NCBI GenBank assembly: GCA_038832865.1
Contig: JAWBJE010000004.1
Span: 14,217-78,216 of the forward strand
DNA: 64,000 nucleotides
Reading direction: 5' to 3'
DNA from: Sulfolobales archaeon
Lineage (GTDB): Archaea; Thermoproteota; Thermoprotei_A; Sulfolobales; NBVN01
Shown: piece after piece, positions 28,976 through 36,693 of the stretch
Position numbering within the stretch: the first letter of the stretch is position 1
How the letters are laid out: every line of letters starts with the position of its first letter
Notes under the pieces: generated by a model
Database searches by the model: none
What the model saw: only the letters and a program-made list of their open reading frames with translations
What the model was told of the DNA's origin: nothing
Made by a program: the position numbers and the translations under genes

Positions 28976-30042
28976 TTAGGAACCGGTCGTTACGCCTCCT
29001 TGCTCTTGTCTTTTCTTCCAACTCTTCGGGTAAACACCCCTCTCCATAACCACGCGTACCGTCTTGAACGCTACTCCTCGGTTGTTTGCTAGTACTTCTT
29101 CGGTTGACATGAGTGCTTCAGCTAGCGCCACCAGCTCCCCCTTGAGTGTTAGTAGCGCCACCAGCTCCCCCCTCTTTATTCCCTCTGGGATTACTGAGAC
29201 TCCCGGTACAGCCAGGTCGGCACCGTAGGATACGGCTGCCGCAGCGCCGTCAAAGATGAGGACCTTAGGTAGATGCGACACTATATACTCCTGCGGTAGT
29301 ATCATGGACTTCAGCCTGTCTTCGCGACCAAGCTCTCTGTACATGTATACGGCTTCCGAGAGGTCATGCATTCTTACGGACCCCTCCTCTCTAAAGGGTC
29401 CAGTCCTCACTCTCCTAAGCTCCCTCATGTGAGCTCCAACGCCTAGAACTTCACCGATATCGTGTATGAGCTTCCTAACGTACGTCCCATGCTGGCAGGC
29501 CACTCTCATTAGTGCGTAAACCCCCTCGAACTCGAGCACCTCGATGCTGTACACCTCCTTGACCCTAAGCACTCTCTTGACGGACGACCTAACGGGTGGT
29601 TTCTGGTATATCCTCCCCACGAACTCTCTTACCACTTCCTCAAACTTCTCTCTAGATACTTGAGAGTGTAGTTGAGCGAGAGCTACGTACTCCTTACTAG
29701 AGTGAGATATCACCCCGATCAGCTTAGTGGCTCTATCTAAAGCTATAGGTAAAACACCGGATACCTTGGGGTCTCCCCGCCCCGTCGGGGCTCTAGGGTA
29801 CCCCCGTGACCAGCTTTAGGCACACGCAGGAGGTTCTTAACCCAAGCAACAACCTCATGACTAGTAGGTCCGGGAGGCTTGTCTAAGTTTATTATACCGT
29901 ACCTAAGGAGCTCGTCGATTGTTCTGGAAGTAGGTGGCTTACCGTAGCTAGGATCAGTCTCTCCCTCCCTCTTTACTACGTACTTCCTCTCGATACCGGC
30001 GAACCTGTCTAACTCCATGATGAATCTCAAAGCGTTCTCCAA
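28976..30042 (-). CDS. cbf5: tRNA/rRNA pseudouridine synthase Cbf5 (TruB family), split by a 20-nt intron (exon 1 29793..30042, exon 2 28976..29772)
   Basis: The two ORFs (29743..30042 and 28976..29713) carry the N- and C-terminal halves. Removing 29773..29792 restores [29 protein letters not shown], including the catalytic GTLDP motif. The combined length of 1047 nt gives 348 aa. An alternative start is the ATG at 30018. Confidence 0.88.
29773..29792 (-). other. bulge-helix-bulge (BHB) mini-intron in cbf5 pre-mRNA
   Basis: In the RNA, a 4-bp central helix CCCU/GGGG is flanked by two AGA bulges on opposite strands, with an inner hairpin GCCCC-GAC-GGGGC. Cleavage after the 2nd bulge nucleotide removes exactly 20 nt. 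The junction is ambiguous by up to 2 nt because of the repeated AG. Confidence 0.75.
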
Positions 30043-30114
30043 GCTATCACCAAGACATAACTTTAGGACAAGGTATTTAGATGCACTAAGCCTAAAATGG
30101 GGGCAGGTAAACAG

Positions 30115-30444
30115 TCACTCTCTAGATACCAGTGTAGAGACTACCATAAGCTCTTTCCGTCCGACCCTTACTTTCTCCTTCATGAAGTCTACGAGTCCGG
30201 CGGCCTCAATAGCCTTAAGCACCTCTTCGTCGGAGGCCCCCTTAGGTATCTCGACCTTCTTATCTAAGATCTCGATGTGCTTAACGTTAACCCTCCTCCT
30301 CTTGACACCCGTAAGGCTCTTAGGACCCGTAACTACGACGAAGTTGTCGTCAACCAAGTCCACTATGACGGCCTTTCTCCCAGCTTCTCTCCCAGCGATC
30401 TTAACGCATATCCTACCAACTTCTACCACGGGCACCGCCACCAC
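30115..30444 (-). CDS. rpl14e: 50S ribosomal protein L14e
   Basis: [23 protein letters not shown] (KOW motif). The start was placed at one of three GTGs (30444/30441/30435), downstream of a TATA-like CTTTTAAG at 30466-30478. The ORF is open from 30486. Confidence 0.85.
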   Translation of the reverse strand: MVAVPVVEVGRICVKIAGREAGRKAVIVDLVDDNFVVVTGPKSLTGVKRRRVNVKHIEILDKKVEIPKGASDEEVLKAIEAAGLVDFMKEKVRVGRKELMVVSTLVSRE

Positions 30445-30947
30445 CTCGTAGAAGTGAGAGCATGAGCTTAAAAGTTCTTCAAGCATTACGCACAGGGGAA
30501 CGGCGAACCGACTAACGGGAATTCACTCGCTACATACGGTCGCGACAAATCATGCAGAAGCACATCACTGGTATTGGGGTCTGTAAGGTCGAGTGAGGCG
30601 TACGTCAAGCAGGCCCTTAGCAACAATGCTCGCATTGGTTACGACGAACCCAGTACTGGAACTAGCCGTGCTATGTAGTACAACACCCCCAGGATACATT
30701 CAAATTTAAAGACATGCTGAGGTGGATGAAGAGTTCGGTAGAGTATGATGCTGGTAGGGTCTGAAGGTTGAGATGAAGACGTATATAGCTGCTCTTTGAT
30801 GAAGATGAAGTAGAAGCGGAGGAGGCTCAAATAAATGCTGCAAGAGGCAGGTATATCGAGTCTGTCGACTTGAGGACGAAACTCTTAAAGATTGTTGAAA
30901 CTTCTAAAGGGAGCCTACACCGTAGCACATCGGGTCCGTCTCTTCAT

Positions 30948-32339
30948 TTATACTGGTTTCACGTACCCCCACTTCTCTAGGGCTTTCCTTAGCTCTACGT
31001 GGTCTTCGGCGTACTGGTCTAGAGGTATTCCCTTCGAAGCCGCTTCGATGGCTTGCCTGACAGCTGCTGCACCAGCTCTAGGTCCCTCGGGGTGACCTAC
31101 CACACCACCGCCTACCTGTATCACTATGTCTAAACCCATGTGTCTTATCACCTCTGGTAGGGTTCCTGGGTGAAGACCTCCGGAGGCTACTGGAATAGCT
31201 GGCTTTATGTGATAGAAGGGCTGAGGTAGGTGAGTGAGATCGTCAGCGGCCGGCTTAAAGTATCTGTCTCTGAGTACAGAGCAGTTCAGTATTACGTCAG
31301 CTGTTTTAGCTTCGAGCTTACCTACTTCAGGTGTACCCACGTGTAGCTGGTCTACACCTACTACCCTGAATAGTTTGGCTAGAGTAAACATGGAGATCCC
31401 GTGGTCAGGGTTTCTGGTCATAGCTGCGTGCATTGCTCTATGAGCGTGAATCGCTAGTCCGTACTCCTCAGCTAGGTCCCGAACGTAAGTCAGCGACGAC
31501 CAGCCCGCTATAACTACGTCAACCATCACGTAGGGGTTTCCGTAGTCCGCGACTAACTTCATTCTTCTAGCCATCTCTCTAACGTCGGCCGTTACGTTGG
31601 CGAACCAAACCTTCCTCTCACCCGTCTCTTTCTCAGCTTTATCTATAGCCTTCATAACGCTCTTCGCTCTGGCCTCAAAAGTGCAGAACTTAGGGCTCGC
31701 CAGGTTTTCATCGTCTTTGACGTAGTCTAGACCGCCCACTAGTATTTCGTAAGCTAGCTTCTCTACTTCCTCCGGTGAGTAGCCAACTTTCGGCTTGGGT
31801 ACGGTTCCAACTACTGGTCTATCGAACACTTTAAGAATCTCTCTCACACCGTTCAGCCCCTTAAGCGGCCCCTTGAAGAACTCGAGGAACTTCTTAGGCA
31901 AGTAGATGTCCTCTATCCTCAACCACTTAACCCTCCTCATACCGAATATGTTTCCAGCCACCGAAGCTAGAAACGCCGGGATGTTTCCCTCCTCGAATAG
32001 CTCCACGGGGTATGCTACTCTCACTAAAAAGCTGCTACCTAAGTTAAGCATTTCGTACGCTCTACCCATAAGCCTTAATAGCCTAGACTCATCGTACCAG
32101 GCATAGAGGGTCGTCCAAGTTCCGACACTACTTTCAGCAGCAACTCCACCGGCAGCATCCTCGATAGTAAAGCCGGGGGCTGGAACAATCTTAAAGTTGA
32201 CGATCACGAACTCTTCCGGGTCCGGTCTAAAGCTTTTGTCTACGAATAGGTGGTACGGCTCAAACTCTTTCTGAGTCACATTTATCTCCGATACCGGGTC
32301 TGCGCCACCTATATAAGGTTTCGAGGAACTATTACGCAT
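30948..32339 (-). CDS. rbcL: ribulose-1,5-bisphosphate carboxylase/oxygenase, form III large subunit
   Basis: Collinear with archaeal form III RbcL: AAESSVGTWTT, GNIFGM, VPKPKVGYSP, YVKDDENL (carbamylated Lys), HAHRAMHAA, ASGGLHPG, QVGGGVVGHP. The likely true start is the GTG at 32279, which gives MTQKEFEPY. Confidence 0.95.
   Translation of the reverse strand: MRNSSSKPYIGGADPVSEINVTQKEFEPYHLFVDKSFRPDPEEFVIVNFKIVPAPGFTIEDAAGGVAAESSVGTWTTLYAWYDESRLLRLMGRAYEMLNLGSSFLVRVAYPVELFEEGNIPAFLASVAGNIFGMRRVKWLRIEDIYLPKKFLEFFKGPLKGLNGVREILKVFDRPVVGTVPKPKVGYSPEEVEKLAYEILVGGLDYVKDDENLASPKFCTFEARAKSVMKAIDKAEKETGERKVWFANVTADVREMARRMKLVADYGNPYVMVDVVIAGWSSLTYVRDLAEEYGLAIHAHRAMHAAMTRNPDHGISMFTLAKLFRVVGVDQLHVGTPEVGKLEAKTADVILNCSVLRDRYFKPAADDLTHLPQPFYHIKPAIPVASGGLHPGTLPEVIRHMGLDIVIQVGGGVVGHPEGPRAGAAAVRQAIEAASKGIPLDQYAEDHVELRKALEKWGYVKPV
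32309..32318. promoter_or_regulatory. shared palindromic TATA element (CTATATAAGG) between divergent rbcL and e2b2 genes
   Basis: About 30 nt from the rbcL GTG at 32279 on the minus strand and about 41 nt from the TTG at 32358 on the plus strand. It is the only A/T-rich element in the 78-bp spacer. Confidence 0.5.
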
Positions 32340-32357
32340 GAAGCCGGTGTGTAGAGG

Positions 32358-33353
32358 TTGGATTGCTCGGAGGCCTTAAGAGCTTACGAGAGAACGTTGG
32401 TTGAAGCCAGAGAGTTCAGGATACTGGGCTCTACGGAAGTAGCAGTAGAAGTGATGAGAGCTCTAGCGAGAGTGGTCGGTTCCTGCCACAAGCAACCGAT
32501 AAACATGGAGGGGCTAGTGCGCTCGGCCATAAGTGCGAGACCTACTTCTCAAGCGGTGCGCAATCTATTAATGCTCTTCTTCGAGAAACTGCTAGAAAAG
32601 GCTTCTACACCAAGCGAGATAGCTGCGGAAGTAGGTGAGGTGGTTAGAGAAGTCGAGAACTACGTAGCTAGAGCGAGGGACACCGTCTCCGAGCTCGCAT
32701 CTAGGAGGATAGAGGACGGGGACACCGTAATGACGCACTCCTATAGTACTACAGTACTTAAGGTATTAACTAAGGCTTTAGAGAGAGGTCTCAATATCTC
32801 CGCCTACGTAACGGAGTCTAGACCCGGTGGAGAGGGTAAGCTAACAGCGTCTCACCTAGGGAGGATGGGGGTCAAGACCTTCCTCGTAGTCGACTCCGCC
32901 GCAAGGTACGTTATGAAGGGTGTAGACAAAGTGATTGTGAGCGCTGAAGCGATAGCGGCCAACGGGGCCGTGGTAAACAAGGTCGGTACCTCTGCTCTAG
33001 CACTAGCCGCCAAAGAAGCGAGAGTTAGAGTATACGTAGTATCGGGACTCTACAAGTTCGGTACCGAGACCCTCTTTGGGGAACTCGTAACTATAGAGGA
33101 GATAGAGAAACCCGACTTCATAATCCCTAGCGAGAGAATTGGTGAGCTGGCACCGTTTATAGGTAGAAACCTCCACGTTAGAACGCCGCTGTATGACGTG
33201 ACACCACCTGAGTACATTGATGCTATAGTTACCGAGAGAGGGCTTATAGCCCCTCAAGCGGCTATATACCTCGCTCGTGAACTCGTCGGGTGGCCTAAAG
33301 CCCGCAGGTCCCTTGATGTAGTCTTGGCAGAGGTGGCCTCACTATGGAGGTAG
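32358..33353 (+). CDS. eIF-2B alpha/beta/delta-family protein, divergent e2b2 paralog lacking the catalytic Cys and Asp
   Basis: Family motifs TESRPGGEG and ANGAVVNKVGT are present. However, it has THSYS (Ser128) and SAEAI (Glu196) where the downstream paralog has THCHS and GADAV. Confidence 0.8.
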   Translation: MDCSEALRAYERTLVEAREFRILGSTEVAVEVMRALARVVGSCHKQPINMEGLVRSAISARPTSQAVRNLLMLFFEKLLEKASTPSEIAAEVGEVVREVENYVARARDTVSELASRRIEDGDTVMTHSYSTTVLKVLTKALERGLNISAYVTESRPGGEGKLTASHLGRMGVKTFLVVDSAARYVMKGVDKVIVSAEAIAANGAVVNKVGTSALALAAKEARVRVYVVSGLYKFGTETLFGELVTIEEIEKPDFIIPSERIGELAPFIGRNLHVRTPLYDVTPPEYIDAIVTERGLIAPQAAIYLARELVGWPKARRSLDVVLAEVASLWR

Positions 33354-34336
33354 CCGGTTGTAGAGTACCCGATGAAGTAGTTAGCATCAGGGAGGGTATT
33401 AGGAGCATGAAGATCCGTGGAGCTGGCAATATAGCTAGAAACGGGGCTCTGGCCCTGGCTATAGCCGCAGAAAAGTTCTGCGGTAAAGACCTAGAGGAGT
33501 TCTCAAGATACATGAGGGCTGTCGCCGACTTTATCCGGTCCGCTAGACCAACCGCCGTCTCCCTACCTAACTCCATATCCTACGTTATGAGCAGACTCGA
33601 GAAGAGCAACCCTCGGTCTGTAGAGGAAGCTAGAGAAGCAGTTATTAAAGCAGCAAAAGACTTTATCTCCTACTCGGAAAAAGCCGTAAAAGTTATTGCT
33701 CAGCTGGGTGCGAAAAGAATCGAGAAAGGAGACACCATAATGACCCACTGCCACAGTACTGCGTCAGTGGCTGTAATCCTTGAAGCCCAGAGACAGGGAA
33801 AAATAGCGAGAGTATTCGTTAAAGAGACGAGACCAGCACTGCAGGGGCTGATAACAGCTAGAGAGCTAGCTAGGGAGGGAGTTGAGGTCGTTCTAATACC
33901 GGACTCAGCTGTAAGGTACTACATGAAGAAAGTAGATAAAGTCGTCGTCGGAGCCGATGCTGTAGCGGCCAACGGAGCCGTCGTCAACAAGATTGGGACC
34001 TCTCTCGTTGCTCTAGCAGCTAAGGAGGCTAGATCCAGAGTTTATGTAGCTAGCGAGTCCTACAAGTTTAGTCCGTATACCATCGTCGGGGAGCTAGTCC
34101 CGATAGAGGTGCGAGACCCTACTGAAATAGTAGACCGAGAGTGGTTAACCGAAAACCGAAACGTCCAAGTACTTAACCCGGTATTCGATGTTACACCACC
34201 GGAGTACATTGACGCTATCATTACCGAAGTCGGTGTTATCCCACCTCAAGCAGCCGTGCTAATACTAATGGAGGAGTACGGGATAACGCCATTAACCGTC
34301 GAACATCTACCGGCCATCCATCTCGACGCCGATTAA
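33344..34336 (+). CDS. ribose-1,5-bisphosphate isomerase (e2b2 / aIF-2B-II family)
   Basis: MKIRGAGNIA, THCHS (Cys136), VKETRP, VVGADAVAANGAVVNKIGT (Asp205). The Cys-Asp spacing of 69 equals the Cys133/Asp202 spacing I recall for the Thermococcus kodakarensis enzyme. Overlaps the upstream paralog by 10 nt. Confidence 0.85.
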   Translation: MEVAGCRVPDEVVSIREGIRSMKIRGAGNIARNGALALAIAAEKFCGKDLEEFSRYMRAVADFIRSARPTAVSLPNSISYVMSRLEKSNPRSVEEAREAVIKAAKDFISYSEKAVKVIAQLGAKRIEKGDTIMTHCHSTASVAVILEAQRQGKIARVFVKETRPALQGLITARELAREGVEVVLIPDSAVRYYMKKVDKVVVGADAVAANGAVVNKIGTSLVALAAKEARSRVYVASESYKFSPYTIVGELVPIEVRDPTEIVDREWLTENRNVQVLNPVFDVTPPEYIDAIITEVGVIPPQAAVLILMEEYGITPLTVEHLPAIHLDAD

Positions 34337-34764
34337 AGGTAAACAAAGCAGAACTACCCCCCGAACTCTTTAAGAGTTAACCTACGAGGACCTACTTGGC
34401 CTAATTCGGTAGCATGAGCTTCAAGCCTCGCTATTGCTTCGGGTTTCAGCCTTTACGCTGTTGGTGTTGATGGAACTCCTATAGGTATCCCAGTCACTTC
34501 GTACGCGGGAGTGACTCGATGAGGGGCTAAGAGTCTATGGGTTCTCCCAAGCCACTCGAGACGCGGGAATGCCTTGTCTAACAAGGTCCGAGCGGGATAC
34601 TGGGGAACGGAGAGAGGCAACGGAGTCGATATAAACCCATATAAAAGTCGAACCCCTAGAGTGCTACGCAAGGCATAACTAGCTTTGAAACCGACTGTAG
34701 CTCGTTGAGCGCAAACCATGGGAAGAGCACATATATGTTGAGGGTGTGCCAGTACTATTGAGAG

Positions 34765-35673
34765 GTGATAGCAGTGATAGTGTTGGGGGGTTCGGAGGGA
34801 GCACACGTAGGCTTCGAGCTGTCGAAGCACCTAAGAACGAGCTACTACGATGTTGAAGTAAAGGAGTTCCCCGACGGCGAAATATACGTTAGGATCCCAG
34901 TTGATGTGAACGGTCTAGACGTCATTTACGTAAACTCTCTAGCTAGACGCCCGAACGACCTCCTCGTGGAGGCCGTTCTAACTTTGGAGACTATCGCCGA
35001 CCTAGGTGCTAGAACCATCTACTCCGTACTTACGTATATTCCGTACGCAAGGCAGGACTCTAGGTTTAACCCGGGCGAGGCCGTCAGTGCTTTAGTAATA
35101 GCTAAGCTCCTGAAGTCGTTGCGGGTAGACCGCATATACACTTTCGACCTCCACTTACATAGGTTTAGAGACCCGAAGCGCGTTTTTGGTGATAACTTCG
35201 TAAACCTGACAGCAGTCAGAGACTTGGTAAAATACGTTAGCACGTACCACAAGCTCGGCGACTGCGTTATCGTAGGTCCTGACGAAGAGTCTGAGCAGTG
35301 GGCTAAAATAGCATCAGAGGAGCTCGGAGGCGCCCCGTATACAGTCATGGAGAAAAAGAGGGTCAGTGCGTCAGAGGTCGTAATAGAGCCCCGAGATCCC
35401 GACGTAGTTAGAGGGAGGACGGCCGTTGTAGTAGACGACATTATAAGTACGGGTGGTACTGTGGTTGAGACGGTTAGAGTGCTGAGAAGCTTGGGGGTAA
35501 GAGACGTTTACGTTGCTGTAACGCACGCTATATTGGCCGGTAGAGCGTATAGCAGACTTGTCCAACTCGAGCTAAGAGACCTCGTGGCATCCGATACGGT
35601 ATTAAGCCCGATTAGCAGAGTGCGCACGGCTCCGATATTAGCTAGGTCCATCCTGACCTCGAATGGCCCGTAA
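34765..35673 (+). CDS. prs: ribose-phosphate pyrophosphokinase (PRPP synthetase)
   Basis: FPDGEIYVRI, YARQDSRF and the PRPP-binding loop VVVDDIISTGGT. Confidence 0.9.
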   Translation: MIAVIVLGGSEGAHVGFELSKHLRTSYYDVEVKEFPDGEIYVRIPVDVNGLDVIYVNSLARRPNDLLVEAVLTLETIADLGARTIYSVLTYIPYARQDSRFNPGEAVSALVIAKLLKSLRVDRIYTFDLHLHRFRDPKRVFGDNFVNLTAVRDLVKYVSTYHKLGDCVIVGPDEESEQWAKIASEELGGAPYTVMEKKRVSASEVVIEPRDPDVVRGRTAVVVDDIISTGGTVVETVRVLRSLGVRDVYVAVTHAILAGRAYSRLVQLELRDLVASDTVLSPISRVRTAPILARSILTSNGP

Positions 35674-35789
35674 GGTACGCACATAACCTCGGATTTCAGG
35701 CGGAGACCTCGCGTTATGTGAAGAAGTAGAAAGCGTCTTTAAGCTCTTCCCGCTTTTTATACTGCTCTCGTTATACGCTTAAGGGTTAT

Positions 35790-36632
35790 GTGGTGGGGCT
35801 GGGTAAGGTCTATGTAGGAACCGCCGGGATACCTAATTCGACGAAGCGGAAGAACACTATTGAGGGAATCAAGAGAGTAGCTGAGCTAGGTCTTAACGCT
35901 ATGGAGTTAGAGTTCGTTAGGGGTATAAACATAAGCCTTGAGACGGCCGCTAAAGCGCGTGAGATATCTAAGGAGCTTGGCGTTATTCTAACGGCTCATG
36001 CCCCATACTTCATCAACCTCCTCTCGGATAGGGTTGAGGTGAGAAAGGCATCTATAGAGAGAATAGTGGAGTCAGCTAAGGTGGCTTACATGGCTGGAGC
36101 GTGGTCTGTAGTATTCCACCCTGGTTATTACGGAAAATACGGGTCCGAGGAGGCCGTCAGAGTAGTTAAAGACTCCCTAAAGAACGTCGTAAAGACTCTT
36201 GCCGACATGGGAGTAAGAGTGTGGGTGAGGCCTGAGACTATGGGTGGGTTAGCTGAAGTCGGCTCCCTAGATGAAGTTCTATCGATAGTCGAGGGTTTAG
36301 ACATGGCTCTACCGGCTATAGACTTCGCTCACCTCTACGCTAGAAGCATAGGTAAGATAAATAGCGCGGAAGGCTTCAGGGAGATCTTAGCGGAAGTAGA
36401 GAAGAGGCTAGGGTCCGAAGCTCTAAAGAACTCCCACGTTCACATGTCAGGTATAACATACGGGGAGAGAGGTGAGAGAGCTCACTTGAACTTCGACGAA
36501 TCAGAGTTCAACTGGGTTGCCGCTATTGAGGTGCTTAAGGAGTTCGGTGTCGAAGGAGTCGTAATATCCGAGTCACCTAACTTAGAGGAAGACGCCATGA
36601 AGATCCTCAACGTTCTAAGAGCAGGCAAGTAG
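35790..36632 (+). CDS. endonuclease IV-like / xylose-isomerase-like TIM-barrel protein
   Basis: Metal-ligand contexts spaced as in Endo IV: TAHAPYFINL, VVFHPG, PETMGG, IDFAHLYA, HVHMSG, ISESPN. Confidence 0.65.
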   Translation: MVGLGKVYVGTAGIPNSTKRKNTIEGIKRVAELGLNAMELEFVRGINISLETAAKAREISKELGVILTAHAPYFINLLSDRVEVRKASIERIVESAKVAYMAGAWSVVFHPGYYGKYGSEEAVRVVKDSLKNVVKTLADMGVRVWVRPETMGGLAEVGSLDEVLSIVEGLDMALPAIDFAHLYARSIGKINSAEGFREILAEVEKRLGSEALKNSHVHMSGITYGERGERAHLNFDESEFNWVAAIEVLKEFGVEGVVISESPNLEEDAMKILNVLRAGK

Positions 36633-36693
36633 TAGAGCGAGTCAGCAGTCTAGGACTGCTTTAGGGTGCCTCCGCTCGATATATAGGACCTGG

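Noticed and set aside
30725-30830. UGAUGA/CUGA-like strings that suggest a C/D box sRNA.
   Set aside because: The boxes are imperfect (AUGAUGC, AGAUGA). Spacing does not give a C-D'-C'-D layout on either strand.
34453-34830. A 125-aa minus-strand ORF upstream of prs.
   Set aside because: It overlaps the prs start, has implausible composition (His/Pro/Arg/Leu-rich) and has no motif.
35680-35720. An 8-bp inverted repeat, CACATAAC...GTTATGTG, after prs as a special regulatory element.
   Set aside because: It is probably just a 3'-end hairpin next to the T-tract/TATA (CGCTTTTTATAC) of the next gene. Nothing else distinguishes it.
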